From NCBI GenBank assembly GCA_030390025.1, contig CM059431.1, positions 115,012,001 to 115,076,000 on the forward strand: a stretch of DNA of 64,000 bases. Direction: 5' to 3'. The position numbers and the translations under genes were made by a program. This document shows positions 1 to 13,016 of this stretch, one piece after another. Positions within the stretch are counted from its first letter, which is position 1, and each line of letters begins with the position of its first letter. The notes beneath the pieces are model-generated. The model was not told the origin of the DNA. It saw only the letters and a program-made list of their open reading frames with translations, and made no database searches. The DNA is from Squalus acanthias (Eukaryota).

Positions 1-53
1 CACCAAACTCCCCCCTCCTCCTCAAAAACCAGGAACAAAAGTTTGGTCTTTCT

Positions 54-899
54 GGGCTGGATTTTGCCAATGGGGAGCTTTTGGAGGCGGGACTCCCACT
101 TGTCGGGTTTTAGTCCCGCCTCCATCGACTTCTGGCCAACCCAAGCTATTTTCCCTTGATTGACCTTGTTAAGCCCGCCCAGCGGGCTCAGCAGGCCAAT
201 TAAGGGGAAGCCGGTTACAGAGAACGTCAGCGTATGACGTTTCATCTGTCAAAATATTTTGACAGATGAATTGTCATCGTTTGACTGCTCTGTGAAGCTG
301 TCAAACACTGACATTCTCTGTTGTTTGATGAGTTCTTGTATTCAAGACTCATCAAACCTCTTTTGTGAGCAGAAATTAGATGGTTGTTGCATTGGAGAAT
401 GCAGCAGCCATCTGTCATCTCTGCCGGTGAGATGCGAGAGTCTCCGCACCCCCAACGTTTGAAGCCTGCAGGAAGAAACAAAGGTAAGTAAACATTTTCT
501 ATCACTTTCCACTCACCTCACATAATTACCGCTCCACACTTGCACCCATCACTTACCTTCACAGAGCACTTTTGCACCCCTCCGACCCCTGCAAGACCCA
601 CTGCTTGCCTCGATAACACTGGCGGGATTCGCAGCCTTTGGGAAGCCTGCACTTGTGTGGGTAAAATGGGGATAATCCTCTTATCTGCCTGTTAACTACC
701 TGTTAACAAGCAGTTAAGTGGCTGTAATCCCCTTCCCACCTCCAGGAGACGGGACCCGGCGTGGGTCAGCAACCTGCCTCCTGGGAAGATGGCATGGAGG
801 CGAGTTGGGGGCGGGATGGGTACCCGCTCCCAGATTCTGCCATTTTCCCGGCAGTCCTGCCTCCAAACCCGCCTCCCCAGGGCTGGCAAGATCGCGCCC
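54..899. mobile_element. Non-autonomous PIF/Harbinger-like element
   Basis: Imperfect TIRs: GGGCTGGATTTTGCCA (54-) and TGGCAAGATCGCGCCC (-899). Subterminal sequence resembles 2053-3813, 30171-33392 and 47561-49315. Flanks tct/tta are not a clean TSD. Confidence 0.75.
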
Positions 900-2052
900 T
901 TACTTTCTGTCATTAAAATGTACCTCTAACATTGGTTTACTGGATCAGATTGGAAGAAGAATAGGATCAGAATTACTTCATGCTTTGGACTATCCTTTTT
1001 ATCATCACCAGTTTAGAACCATTATTTATGACATATATATCTGGTAGCATATTTATCTAAGGCAGCAGTTACTACAGCAATTGTTGCCATAAAAAATAAA
1101 CAGAGGTGACTAAAATGCCCTGTCATTTGTGTAATACGCAATTTTATTCTGCACACTTACCTCTTTGTTATGTTAGTTGTATTATGACTTTGCTGTACAA
1201 GCCTTCTCAAAGTAGGAATATAAAAAAACAATATTGATACCATATCATAATTACATACACGGCGCATATAATAGCTACCACATGGCAGCTAATTCAGGTA
1301 ATAAAAAGTAGGTGTGGGGCAGAGAAAGGAATGCACGGCGTTTATTCAAGTGAGACAGTATATGGGGCAATAAAATTTGACTGCATTGGATAAATGGCAA
1401 GGCGGAAAGTTTTTATGCTAAATAAATTAGCTCATACCGGATTTTATTGCTATTGTAGCCTACTTTTTGTAAAATTATTGGAAAAACTAGGAATGAGATC
1501 TAAATCAAAGTGAACACCCAGAATGATCTAAATTTGGTAGTTTGGGGATTCTTTGGGAGTAGTTGAATTTTGTCCGATTTGCACCATTTTGGTTTTAGCC
1601 TGTTTATTTAAAAACTGCTGATGCACTTATACAGATACAAAATGTTACTCTGCATAGGTACCACCATTTTGCTATTGTGTTGTAAAATTTCTATGCCATT
1701 AAAGGCTTGCAGCAAAGAAAGAAATGACATCCGTGGCTAAACTATCCATAACATTGAGAGATTACCATCAAAATATGAAAAAGAGACATACAAACTATTG
1801 AAAAAATAAGTATGGTTTCTCATCGCTGCTAGTGTACACTTGGTAACACTGCTGTTTTACACGATAATTGATGCTTATTTGGGTGGGTCTGAAATCTCTA
1901 TTTTTCTCTCAATCCAGGTCTCACTCAGCCACATACTTCCTACAACTAGATGGTCAGGCAGGGGATCTACTCCCAGGCTTCAACCAGAGCAACTTGTCAC
2001 TGAGCCTCTAGAAGATGCACAACTTTCTGTCCTTCCTGTCGGCAGACATCTT

Positions 2053-3813
2053 GGCCGCGATTTCCCCTACCTCGGCGGGTCTGGGGCGGGCGACGTCAGT
2101 GGTGGGTCCCGACCCCCCTGTTGGCTCCAGCCCGCTCTGTAGAATGATTTTACGTTGATTGGGCTTGTTAAGCACGCCCAGCGTGTTTCCCGGCCAATTG
2201 AAGGAAGCGGGTCTGATGACGTCATTTGATGACGTGTTGCCAGCCGATTTCCTTAAAGGGGCCATGCGCAAATTTATTTTGACAGTTGTGCTGTCAGTGT
2301 TCCACAGCATTGAGGTGCTGCAAACACTGACAAGCACTGCACAGAGGTGCAGGGCTGCACCCAGGCTCTCCCATGACTCCCTCCATATCCTTATGGAGAG
2401 AGTCACAGCACGCAGGGAGGTCCTCTTCCCTTCCCATGGGCAGAAGAGACCTCCCCAGGAGATCAATGCAGCCTGGTTGCACATTGCAGAGGAGTGCACA
2501 AGCAGGGATGTCGTCAGGAGGACCAGGCTGCAGTGCTGCAAATCTTTCAATGATCTCAGTAGGTCACAAAACGTTACTGCAAAGCTACACTCAACCTCAT
2601 CCCCATCACTCTGCCTTCCCTACCCTACTGCTGCATATCCTTACTCACACCAACTTACCTTGCACCTCCACCCATCCCTCTCTATCTACATTATCACTAC
2701 CCCATCTCACTAGCCACCCCTCATACTCACCCACATCCTAATCCAATCATATCAATTAACAACACACAAGGTTAGGCACTTGGGTGTTTTAGCCAATGTT
2801 CATGTAAAGTTTCTGTTAATTTTGTGTCAAACATTGAAACCTTTATTTTCAACACTTTGCGTTGTTGGACAGATTTGTGTGCACCTTTGGAAGTGGCTTA
2901 GTGAGTTGCCGTGAATGGTGAGACATAACGGTACCCCCCGCAATGGATATGAGTGTGAAAGGAATGGCTTGGGCTTTGTAGCGATGCTTTATTGTTGGTG
3001 TGGGGTGGTGACAACCTGGCGCATCATGTGGCAGTCAGGGTGCACAGCATCAAGTGAAGTAAATCCGGCCATGGGGAGGCCATCCCTGAAGCGCCTTGGG
3101 ACATTTTACTACATTAAAGGCGCTATATAAATACAAGTTGTTGTTGTTGTCATCCCGGGCAGCAATGTGGTCGGGTGCTGATGCCCTGTGTCCTGTGCAG
3201 CACCAGCTGACTGCAGAGAAGGTTGGTGTTGATGTTGGTGCTGCTGGTGTGCCTGGTGCTGCTGGTGTTGGGGCTGATCGTGGTGGGATTCTGAGGACTA
3301 AGGTGATATTTTTTCAAGGTCACCGATGCTGATGTAATAGATGGCAGGTGAGGTTGAGATGACAGAAGCGATCTGTCAATGGCGAGAGAGGTTGCTCCAA
3401 GGAGTGGACACTGGATAGAGAGTTTGCTCCAAACACTTGCAACCTACATAAAGCTCAATCTGTCTTCGAAATGCAGTAAGCAACAGCTTCTGAGTTTGGA
3501 AAGTGAACAGCTGTGAGATGGGAGCTTTTATGGTACATTTGCAGCTGTCAAGTAATGAGATGATCCCATGCTGATTCAATTCCAACCTCCTTAACTGAAG
3601 CAGCGTGGACCTCATGGGCGACCTCATAAGATGGTAAGGTGAGCTCAAAGTACTGTTTAATGACCTAAATTGCCTCCCCCGCTGCTGTGTATCGGGTCTG
3701 TTCAGCCCTGACAGATCCGACATCTGGGAAAGCAGCGTGGCGGTGGGAAAACATTTTTCTCCCATCTGACCCACCACCAAACATGCCCGCTGAGCCCCTG
3801 AAAAATTCCCCCC
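2053..3813 (+). mobile_element. Non-autonomous Harbinger element with Myb/SANT exon 1 (+) and fused transposase N/C-terminal remnants (-)
   Basis: Termini GGCCGCGATTT.../...AAAAATTCCCCCC with a ctt TSD on both sides. + strand reads APRLSHDSL..EVLFPSHGQKRP..AWLHIAEE..RTRLQCCKSFNDL (Myb/SANT). Close paralog at 47561-49315. Confidence 0.85.
3087..3150 (+). mobile_element. Very short L2-type 3' tail inserted in the Harbinger element
   Basis: gaagcgccttgggacattttactacattaaaggcgctatataaatacaag(ttg)n matches the L2 tails at about 25233-25310 and 55040-55108. Absent from the paralog at about 48610-48625. Confidence 0.85.
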
Positions 3814-4653
3814 CTTGCCTCTGCTTGAAGGCCAGCAGTATGGCCGAGATTGGACACACATTGGAGTGGAGTGGGGGAATAGGTTTTATCCCTTGACTTC
3901 AGGGTACTATGTGTCACTGCTCTAAATGCTGCACCATCTCAATCCCATTAATTTACATTTGGCCATGTGTATTTTGTTGGAGACCAGCCAGCTGAGCCAC
4001 TTTAGTAAAACCAAGTGCTCACTTTCAATAAACCTGAAACTCTGATGCTCATAAAACTCAAGGAAAATGCAGTCACCTTTTTGGCGAGAGAGTGACAGAA
4101 CCTCTCTATCTCACCAATAAGGTTACCATGGAGGCCCCTTGGAACAAAGATTTACATTTTCGCAATGTCCATTTGGATCTTCAGCTCGAATCTGCAGAGG
4201 GAGGCTCTACTGACAAAACCCCTACCCGAGCTCTGATTTAATAGATATTGCAAGGAGACAATTAAATAAAGTGATCTAGAACTTTCCAATTAAATTTCTA
4301 TATTTTCAGAATGACTCCAGTGCAGCCCAATATGGACCAACTGATCTGAAGAATAAACCCTGAGGTGTGCCTGATCTCCGGCCTTAGAACCCAGTTACAC
4401 GGACATATGGTAAGACAGCAGAAGACATCAGTGCTGTCAGTTCAGGACTTGCACGGACACGGGATTCGGAGCAGAATAAAGCAATAGCAGGAGAGGCGTC
4501 TCCAGTCTGAGAACATTGTGAGCGATTCAAGCTAAAAGTTAAATTGTAGAGTTGAATTAGACTTTACTAGAATTTCAAATCAACGCATACTGACAACACC
4601 CGTGACCATTCCACATTTTGGCTCTCTGATACTGCTGTACTTGGGAATATTGA

Positions 4654-4743
4654 GAGGTCGCACAACACCAGGTTATAGTCCAACAGTTTTATTTGAAATC
4701 ACAAGCTTTCGGAGCTATCGCTCGCCCCTTCCTCAGGTGAAGT
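4654..4743 (-). mobile_element. Penelope-like element terminus with minimal hammerhead motif
   Basis: Reverse-complement paralog of 12085-12178. Minus strand reads TCAC CTGAGGA AGGGGC..GCTCC GAAA GCTT GTGA. Confidence 0.65.
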
Positions 4744-5845
4744 AGTAAAGAAATTTGGGAATATGCCAGGGTAGATCTAATCAACTTCAATTTTGCCAGA
4801 AACTCACAAGCTATGTACAATAGTCCAGAAGATTCCCAGAGGTTCTCCTATCCAGAAAAAAAGGAAGTTTAAATAGTGATAGTGATGAGGGAAAATGTTA
4901 TGATGTGATGTTATAATTATAACAGATTTCATCCATAATGATAGGAGGATGAGCAGCAATAGCTGGTGTTATAGTGGCATGATCCACTGTTTGATTACGG
5001 CTCAGCGATGGAAAATAGGCCAATTTGTTCCAGGCAGCCAGTTTCCAGAAAGCACACGACATGTGTGGTGTTCTTTGGTGGCTATGTACTGGTAGTAGCA
5101 TTGGCTTTGGAAAGGAGGAAGGTCATATACAATACAGTGAATTAGCCTATGAGGTGATCATTTATTTTTTTTAATTTGGAGTTGGGAATATATATTTCCA
5201 AAAAAAGTTGATAAATATTTGTTAAAGTAAATACTCACACAAAGTCCAGATTAATATACGTACATGCCACATTACGTTACTGAAACAAGTTTTTGATGCA
5301 GTAAGTAGGGGTAGCTTACTGACACTGATAGCCTTTATCAATGAATCACTTCATTTTTTCATCAAGTAGGACTGCTTTTCACAGCAACCACTGGAAGGAG
5401 CAGTAGTTTGCGAACAGAGTTAAATCGTAATAAACTCAATGACTGAGTGACTTTTATTTGTTTATGGCCATAGAAGACATTCTCTTATAACCCCTGTGAG
5501 CTGTAAAAGCAGTATTAAATTCAGTTACTTACTGCCATTTTCACTACACCATTTCTAAGCATCCTTTCTTGAGCTAAATTTACAGCTGACTGGCAGAGCT
5601 AACACGTCTGAGGTTGACAGTGTTTACACTAGTGCAGACCTTGGACATCCCAGACAAGGTATCCAAGAAGTCCAGCAATACAGTAAGGTTCTGTTTCTAT
5701 ACTGGTGCCCCCTACATGTTGGAGGCATGCAATGCTGATCGAGTGAAACTACTCTGTTAGTGCGAAGCCACATCTACACCGTGGTGACACTGCATATATA
5801 GAATGGATGCCATTAGTTGTCCGACTGCACAGTTCCCGACATCAC

Positions 5846-6030
5846 TAAAACAGACTATCCGGTCATTATTACATTGCTGTTTGTGGGAGCTTTCTGTGCA
5901 CAAATTATCTGCCTTGATTCCCACATTACAACAGTGACTACACTTCAAAAGTACTTCATTGGTTGGAAAGCATTTTGGGACATTCTAAGATCATGAAAAG
6001 CGTTGTATAAATGCAAGACTTCCTTTTCTT
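5846..6030 (+). mobile_element. SacSINE1/DeuSINE-like SINE, 3' part
   Basis: Matches the 3' half of the 46234-46690 SINE (cattattacattgctgtttgtgggagc...acacttcaaaagtacttcattgg...ataaatgcaag). Confidence 0.8.
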
Positions 6031-6553
6031 TCTGTTACTTGTCTGTAGAGGACACTGTTTGTGTTTGAAGGTATGAATTGGCTTACATATTTTGAACACA
6101 ATAAGTTGGTCCAATCGCGAATGCTTCAGTGTCCCGATATAATTTAAAACGCATCTTCACACGCAACTGCAATTCAGTCCTAGCTAATGTATTACTAACT
6201 GGTTTACAGCATTCCCTTGTTAGTCAGACAGGTAATGAACCTGAAACCTTATTTCAAAACTCATTTTATATTCAGCCTCTTTATTTTATTGTAAGTGCTC
6301 AAGCCCCTTCATTTCACAGAACTAACATAACAGGTAGTAAAAAAAATTGCAAAAATAAATGCAATCTTTTTATATATTTCACTCTTACTTTTCTTCACTA
6401 GGCAGCTTCTCCAAATAAACAGAAAAAGGACACTTCATGGCATTCAGCACCTTATGGAAAATGAGTCATCAAGTGGTACAGGTCATATAACTCATGAGCT
6501 TTTTAGATATAAGTGGTTTATTTACTATAAACCACCATTTCCTGATGTACTGC

Positions 6554-7378
6554 GGGTAGAATTTGAACCTTGTTGTGCTCGGTTTATATAAAACGGCCGC
6601 AATGAGGCCCTGTGTTGCTTTGGACAATTTTTCAGACTTCCCTGGCAGCCATCTTAAACAGGCATTAGGCCCCTTACATATGTAAATGAGGGGGGGGTTC
6701 TAACGCCTGTTTTAGGACCCCTCGGGAAATTGGTGTCCTGACAAGCTGAGCAGGTGATAAGCCTGCGCTGCTCAGCTTCACCTGGGGTCTAGGAACTGGC
6801 TTCCACCGGAAAGGTGAGTTCGAGTCATTTTTAAAATTCATGCGGAGCTAGGAGGAGCAGGAGTCATAAGAACATAAGAAATAGGAGCAGGAGTAGACCA
6901 TACGGCCCCTCGAGCCTGCTCCGCCATTCGATAAGATCACGGCTGATCTTCGACCTCAACTCCACTTTCCTGCACTATCCCCATATCCCTTGATTCCCTT
7001 CGTGTCCAAACATTATCGATCTCTGCCTTGAATATCCTCATCGACTGAGCATCCACAGCCCTCTGGGGTAGAGAATTCCAAAGATTCACCACCCTCTGAG
7101 TGAAGAAATTTCCCCTCATCTCAGTCCTAAATGGCCGACCCCTTATCCTGTGACTATGACCCCTAGTTCTAGACTCTCCAGCCAGTACTCCCCACCCCCC
7201 ACACTTACCTGAAGCTGTTGCTGCGAAGCCTGAAATTCATTCCTGCAGAAGGACAAGCTGCCTGCCCAGATTATTTAGATAAGGCCCGAGGCCCAATTTC
7301 AGGTCTCCCACTTCGGGCACGCGTTGAGGCCGCATCGCAGCTTTCGCACCCAAAACCAGTGCCGAGGAATTTCTACCC
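6554..7378. mobile_element. Harbinger-like MITE interrupted by a CR1 fragment
   Basis: Termini GGGTAGAATTT and AATTTCTACCC. Internal ttaggccccttacatatg..aaat shared with 26708-27170. Confidence 0.65.
6866..7183 (-). mobile_element. CR1 LINE 3' fragment
   Basis: Minus strand encodes MRGNFFTQRVVNLWNSLPQ (CR1 ORF2 C-terminus), followed by the 3' stem-loop and (ttcttatg) tail. Flanked by an agt duplication. Confidence 0.9.
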
Positions 7379-7415
7379 TATGGTTTATATTTTACATTGA
7401 TGGTTGCAGTATTAA

Positions 7416-7820
7416 AAGAAGAAAGACTTGAATTTATATAGCGCCTTTCACGACCAACGGACGTCTCAAAGCACTTTACAGCCAATGAAGTACTTTTGAA
7501 GTGTGGTCACTGTTGTAATGTAGGAAACACAGCAGCCAATTTGTGCACAGCAAGCTCCCACAAAGAGCAATGTGATAATGACCGGATCATCTGTTTTTGT
7601 CATGCTGATTGAGGGATAATTATTGACCAGGACACCGGGGAGAACTCCCCAGCTCTTCTTCGAAATAGTGCCATGGGATCTTTTACGTCCAACTGAGAGA
7701 GCAGACTGGGGCCTCGGTGTAACGTCTTATCCGAAAGACGGCACCTCCGACAGTGCAGTGCTCCCTCAGCACTGCACTGGAGTGTCAGCCTAGAATTATG
7801 TGTTCAAGTCCCTGGAGTGG
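7416..7820 (-). mobile_element. SacSINE1/DeuSINE-like SINE lacking the tRNA head
   Basis: Deu-domain sequence (tctttcggataagacgttacaccgaggcccc...aagatcccatggcactatttcgaag on minus) and an L2-like tail. Confidence 0.88.
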
Positions 7821-8393
7821 TATTAATGATATATATTTTTGTGATTAAATCCTGTGCTTTGTCGGTGTTTCAAATCTTTTTTTTCACACCGGTGAAATGT
7901 GGTTTAATACATTTGCGGCGCAGTCCACTGAAGCTTTGTGGGACATTCGGTTTTCGGCATTGATGTGTTTGGGTCAAAGTTCACATCGGGGGTATGTCAT
8001 ATATTTGTGTCTGTGCAAGAAAAAACACAGAGAGGGCAATATTCTGAGGAAGGATGATGAATTAGTGAACACAAACATTAGGATTGAATAGATAAAGGGA
8101 GTAAAAGAGCAAAAAGTTGTACCTTGATCGGAAGTCAGATGGACAGTTAGTAGGTCAGGGATAGTCTGGGCACTGAGGATTAAAGAAAGGAGAAGGATGC
8201 ATGTGCAAACATTGTAAAGTAGTTTGAGCAGTGGTGCCAAAGACCCATGAACCAATAATTCAGAACAATTGTGAGTAACACCACATGTTTTACATTAATA
8301 AAGGCGAGCAAATTATGAGAACTCTCTCATCTACGCGTCAGCATTCTGGTCAATACCATGTTTTGTTATTTCATCTCTAATTGGCCACAGAGC

Positions 8394-9731
8394 GGGCTAG
8401 AAATTCGATCGTGCTTGAAATGGGACCGCAGCACATTAAATTGGTGTTGGCAGCCCATTATCATGAGCCAGGCGTGCAGCCAGCGCTACCTACGAACTAT
8501 TCATTGGTGGTGTGCCTGTTTGGAAGGGCCGGAAACTGGGTTTGACCAACGCCACTTAAAGGCAACCGCCACCTCTTAAAGGGGAGGTGCACTCTGGCTG
8601 CAGACAACAGGGAACACTTGTAAGCAGAGAAATGGCTTCAAGAGGTCCAGAGCAGTGGTCAGGAGGAGGGAGATCCTGTACCGCCCCCCCCCCCCCCCAC
8701 AGAGGACAGAATGCCCTCCAGGCAACACCTCCACTGCCATTGCGAAAAGGTCGTCGGGGAGGTCAATGACAGGAGCTTAGCACCCAGGACATGGCTGTAA
8801 TGCCAAAAGGAGTTCAATGAGCTGACTGGAGTTGTCAAGCTAATAATACTCCTCTCACCTCAACTATGCTCTCCTCTCGCATCTGCAGCCTCACTACTCA
8901 CAAAATTCCTCGCCCCCACTTCCCTTCACTCCTACAATCACTGCACCACACCCCCTTTTCCCCCTACTCACATACTCTGCACTTCCTACTCTCACCACTA
9001 TTGCAACCCTCACTTTCCCACACCTTACATCTTCCACACAACATACGAGCTATTCTACCATGACAGATATATTCTCCAAACTCCCCACAAGGATGTCACG
9101 AACACACTACCTTCTTTCTTGCAGTAGATCATGCACAACTTGCGACACGAAGCCTCCTTTGTGAAGTGAAAGCGCCTGACGCAGTCCTCAGTGAAGTTAA
9201 GGCAGGAGGAGTGCTCCCTGAAGACCTGCTGTTAGTATGGCCATCTGCGCTGTGTCCTCCTCCCAGCTTCTCCTCGCTACACTCCAGTACTGTGCAAAAA
9301 CTTCTTAGCAGAAGTCAAAAATCATTTGTAGAATTCCGAAAATAGGCCAAAAAATGCCCAGAAATTAACCCGCAACCTATAAGGGAAAAGGCAGCAACTA
9401 ACCAGTAAGTGGTGGATAAGCCCTTTAAATAGAGCTGCTGAAGCATCCTTCCTGCTTGTTAACGCTGCTGAGTGAGTTTATCACATGGCAGGTCAGGCAC
9501 TGGGGTAGACAATTCCACAAAAGGGTTTTACAACAAGCGTGGAATCCTTATTTAAATTTTTTAATGAACGTTTTAAATGGCGCGTGCCCTTGACGCCTAT
9601 GGAAGAGCCCAATCCCATAAGGTGGGTGGCACAATTCTGGCATGGAATGAGCATGCCGTTCACCACATTGGACACTCAGGTGCCCATTTTCCACCTGTAA
9701 AACGGGCACGGTGCCAACGAATTTCTGGGCC
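8394..9731 (+). mobile_element. Non-autonomous Harbinger element with decayed Myb/SANT remnant
   Basis: TIRs GGGCTAGAAATTCG and CGAATTTCTGGGCC. About 8790-8840 reads TWL*CQKEFNELTGVVK, followed by a pyrimidine-rich intron-like stretch ending in ttcttgcag. Confidence 0.75.
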
Positions 9732-12044
9732 AGTGGCTCTGTTCCTAGGTTTAATTGTCAGAATTTTTTTTTAGGTACTGACTATACTTTCCTGCTTTCA
9801 ATCTAAACATAGGCCTTTTCTCATTCATGGTATGAATTTTATTCTCTCTAAGGCTGGAGTTTAATCCATGTAAATAAAAGTTGTGTGTCTGGTGTGTGTT
9901 CATCCCGCCTCAAAATATCACGATTAAAAGTGATTAAAACATGCAAAGTGTTTGTCATTTGAGAGTCTCAAATATATTCTTAAAACAGCAAGAAATTACT
10001 GCAAAATATACTGTATGAAAATTATAAATCTAAATGCACCAGAGAGCTGCAAAAACAACCAATCAAGAATCAGTAGTTAACTGTTAATAAAACAACTAGC
10101 AAGGAGGGGAAGGTTACCAATGAAATCACTCAATATTTTTTCAAAATTCGTCTGGCTAGTGCTGAACTATGGTCTTTTCGTCTCCTATCGTTGTTTTGAT
10201 GGGATGCTCTTTATATACTGAGGTCCACCACTGTCTGAGGCCCCCTTGACCCTATCTCCTTGTTCAGTCACATATTCTCGCCTTTGTGTGATTTTTGCCC
10301 TCTTTTTAACTTAAATGTTATGCAGATCAGTGTATCGCATGGCATTTCCCACCACTGCCTGTCATTTTCTGTAATGAAGTGTGACTACTCATTGCTGTAC
10401 ACATCCATCCACACTGGGAAAACGGGGATGGATTTGCCTATGGCTGCGGAAGAGGAAGTAACAAAGAAAGGGCGAAAATTAAAAGAACACATGTGCGGAC
10501 ATAGAGTATTAGTAGCACAGTGTTAGCAATTCAATGCTGAATTAGGCTACATTAATCTAGAATGTCATTTCACATCACCTGGGGCTGAAAAACTGTTTGG
10601 CCAATGGGCTTGGCTTCGTTTCAGCGCTACGTTTTCCTCATTTGGAGTCACAGTTTTTGTTGTGTGTCTAACATTATTAATACGTGTGTTGAATAAATAG
10701 CCCTCTGTTCGTGAAGCAGCTTAAATGTGTACATTTCCACACAGACATACTGAAGAGGTTTCCCATGAAGCAAAAACATTTCTTCAGTGATTTGTTGAGG
10801 AGGTACTCAACGAATGGAAAGAGTACACTCGTTGACTCAAACTCCACATATGCATCTAAATTCCTTCGTGTTCCGCTAACAGATGTTTGTTAAGAGTAGA
10901 GCTGGAATTAGACAATGAAATTAGTGTCATAGCTAAATAAATAGTAGCCTGAACCATGGGATGCACCTGCCGCAGTCTGCAGACATGCTCACTCAGGGTA
11001 GGCGTGACAACTGCAGCAGCTGTTCCATAACCATGGCAACGCAACTATTTATCAAATCCGTAAGCATCTGTGAACTCTGTACTCTGCGTTCTGCCAGAAG
11101 TGAGCTTTATAATTATGTTCAGAAAGTGGCATTGCTAATTAAAACTTTATAAATGTGCAAATGAAGATATCATTAAGCTGCAAGCACTTTCCAGAGTTTC
11201 ACAAAACCTTAATGTCACCATGTGTTATTTTAGTTTGATGGTAGAGCTGATTTGTAGTGAACTAGACATTTTATTTTCTGTTGGTTTGTGGGAAAGAGCC
11301 ACTAAGCATGGATGAATGAACAGCCCAGGAACAGTGTCTGAGTATAGTTCAATTCAACCTCAGTCAAGCCCATTGAATCCAAACCTGGCGCGACCCGTTA
11401 AAAGTGCTGTTCCTCCAGCTCAATGCCAATGTGAAGACTTGGCTCAGTGACAATTTAAGTTTCTTTTCAGCGCTTCTACATTGCATTGGAACCCCCGTAA
11501 ACCCAAACCAAGGAAAGCTTGTTATCTGCTTGACCAAGTTTCAGCAGCCATGTATTTCTCTTTTTTTTTTAGAGGTGGGGGAGAGCAGGTGGAATTTGCA
11601 TCCTAGCACAACACACTATTCATCCTCAAGAAAAATACTTTTTTCTTCCCTTTTTTGTTACCCATTTCTATCTTCCAAGCTAGGAGGCCAGGTAATTGGG
11701 CCAGAGATTTTTTTTTTGCAGTGATGCAGCACTAATTCCACTTCATATGGTCAACTAAGAGATGGCACACTTCCAATAATAGGACAGAAGTGTTTCCTTA
11801 GCAGTTCCACCTTGGTAGCTGCATGGGCCTTGTATCCATGCTCCGCTTCTACCGATAAACAAGGCTGCAAAGGGAAGCTTGTGTACCTGAGGAGCCATCC
11901 TTCCAGTCTGCCGTTACCTTCAAATAAGCCTGGCGCAGATGATTCTTAAGATGAAAGCATTGCGACTACTGTCTAGGAAGTGTCCATTGTACAATGTTGG
12001 TGGGTCACTGACGAGCTGTACATTGTAGAACCTCTTTCTGTTGT

Positions 12045-12178
12045 CATGATGCGGAGATGCCGGTGTTGGACTGGGGTGGACTGAAGTGACTTCACCTGAC
12101 GAAGGAGCAGCCGCTCCGAAAGCTTGTGATTTCAAATAAAACTGTTGGACTATAACCTGGTGTTGTGCGACTTCTCAC
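12045..12178 (+). mobile_element. Penelope-like element terminus with minimal hammerhead motif
   Basis: TCAC CTGACGA AGGAGC AGCC GCTCC GAAA GCTT GTGA followed by aataaaactgttggactataacctggtgttgtgcgac. Paralog at 4654-4743. Confidence 0.7.
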
Positions 12179-12711
12179 TCTTTCTGTTGGGCATGGCATT
12201 TTGCTTAGAGGCCTGTTTAGCTTCCTGAGTGCCAACAATGACGTCGTGTACTTTGGGAAATCCAACAGTGCTGCTTAGCCTGTTAGTGGTGTAGAATCTC
12301 ACATAAAGTATGACACATATGTGGACAACAAATTGGATAATACTGCTGATGACAACTCAACTAATCTGGAAGGAGCTGGAGTTCGAAAATTTCAGGGCCA
12401 TAGTAAACTTGACTGCTACTGATAGTGCTGGAGGTGGGCTGCAAATCTCCTTGGCACTACTCTGTAACGGCCTTCCTATAACTGGAGTTTGTGGAAGCAG
12501 TTCTCCTCCATCATTGCCAGGTAATTGTGTGTGGATGTGAGCCACCGTTGGTCCGCCTTTGGTGCCATTTGTTATCCCTGGCCAACATTACTCCTTCTAC
12601 CTACACCACCAAATAAGCCTGACTGCTGCCTTTACCCACATACCAACAGAGAGTACACTTCAAAAATAGCATTGGTTGGATGTGAAGCACTTTGGGATAT
12701 CCTGAGAGATG

Positions 12712-13016
12712 ACCCTTAGTGTTAGGGGGGATTAAATATGTGGGGTTATGGGGATAGGATGGGATATGTTAGGGGGAATTAAATACGTGGGGTTACGGGG
12801 GTAGGGTGGGATATGTGTACTGTGGGGATTAAAGCAGGGACAGGGTACTGGATTTGGATGATCAGCCATGATCGTATTGAATGGCGGAGCAGGCTCGACG
12901 GGCCGAATGGCCTACTCCTGCTCCTAGATTCTATGTTTCTATGTTTCTATGTTTCTATGTTTCTATGTTTCTATGTTTCTATGTTTCTATGTTTCTATGT
13001 TTCTATGTTTCTATGT
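12712..13016 (+). mobile_element. HE1/V-SINE-like fragment (tandemly duplicated ~47-bp block) joined to a CR1 3' end with expanded (TTCTATGT)n tail
   Basis: gttagggggrattaaatatgtggggttayggggrtagg occurs twice. It is followed by atcagccatgatcgtattgaatggcggagcaggctcg..cctactcctgctcc and about 11 copies of TTCTATGT (12929-13016). Confidence 0.75.

Noticed and set aside
1161..1288. Possible minus-strand exon (ttag..AG|gtaagt) with one open frame LPCGSYYMRR..TNITK
   Set aside because: No recognisable protein similarity and no partner exons identified.
4310..4409. Exon-like segment with a good acceptor (tattttcag) and donor (gtaaga)
   Set aside because: Stop codons in all three frames. At most a non-coding exon, and unsupported without RNA data.
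12929..13016. Regular 8-bp array as a CRISPR or other functional repeat
   Set aside because: No spacers. It is the expanded CR1 3' terminal octamer (TTCTATGT)n, and the sequence is eukaryotic.
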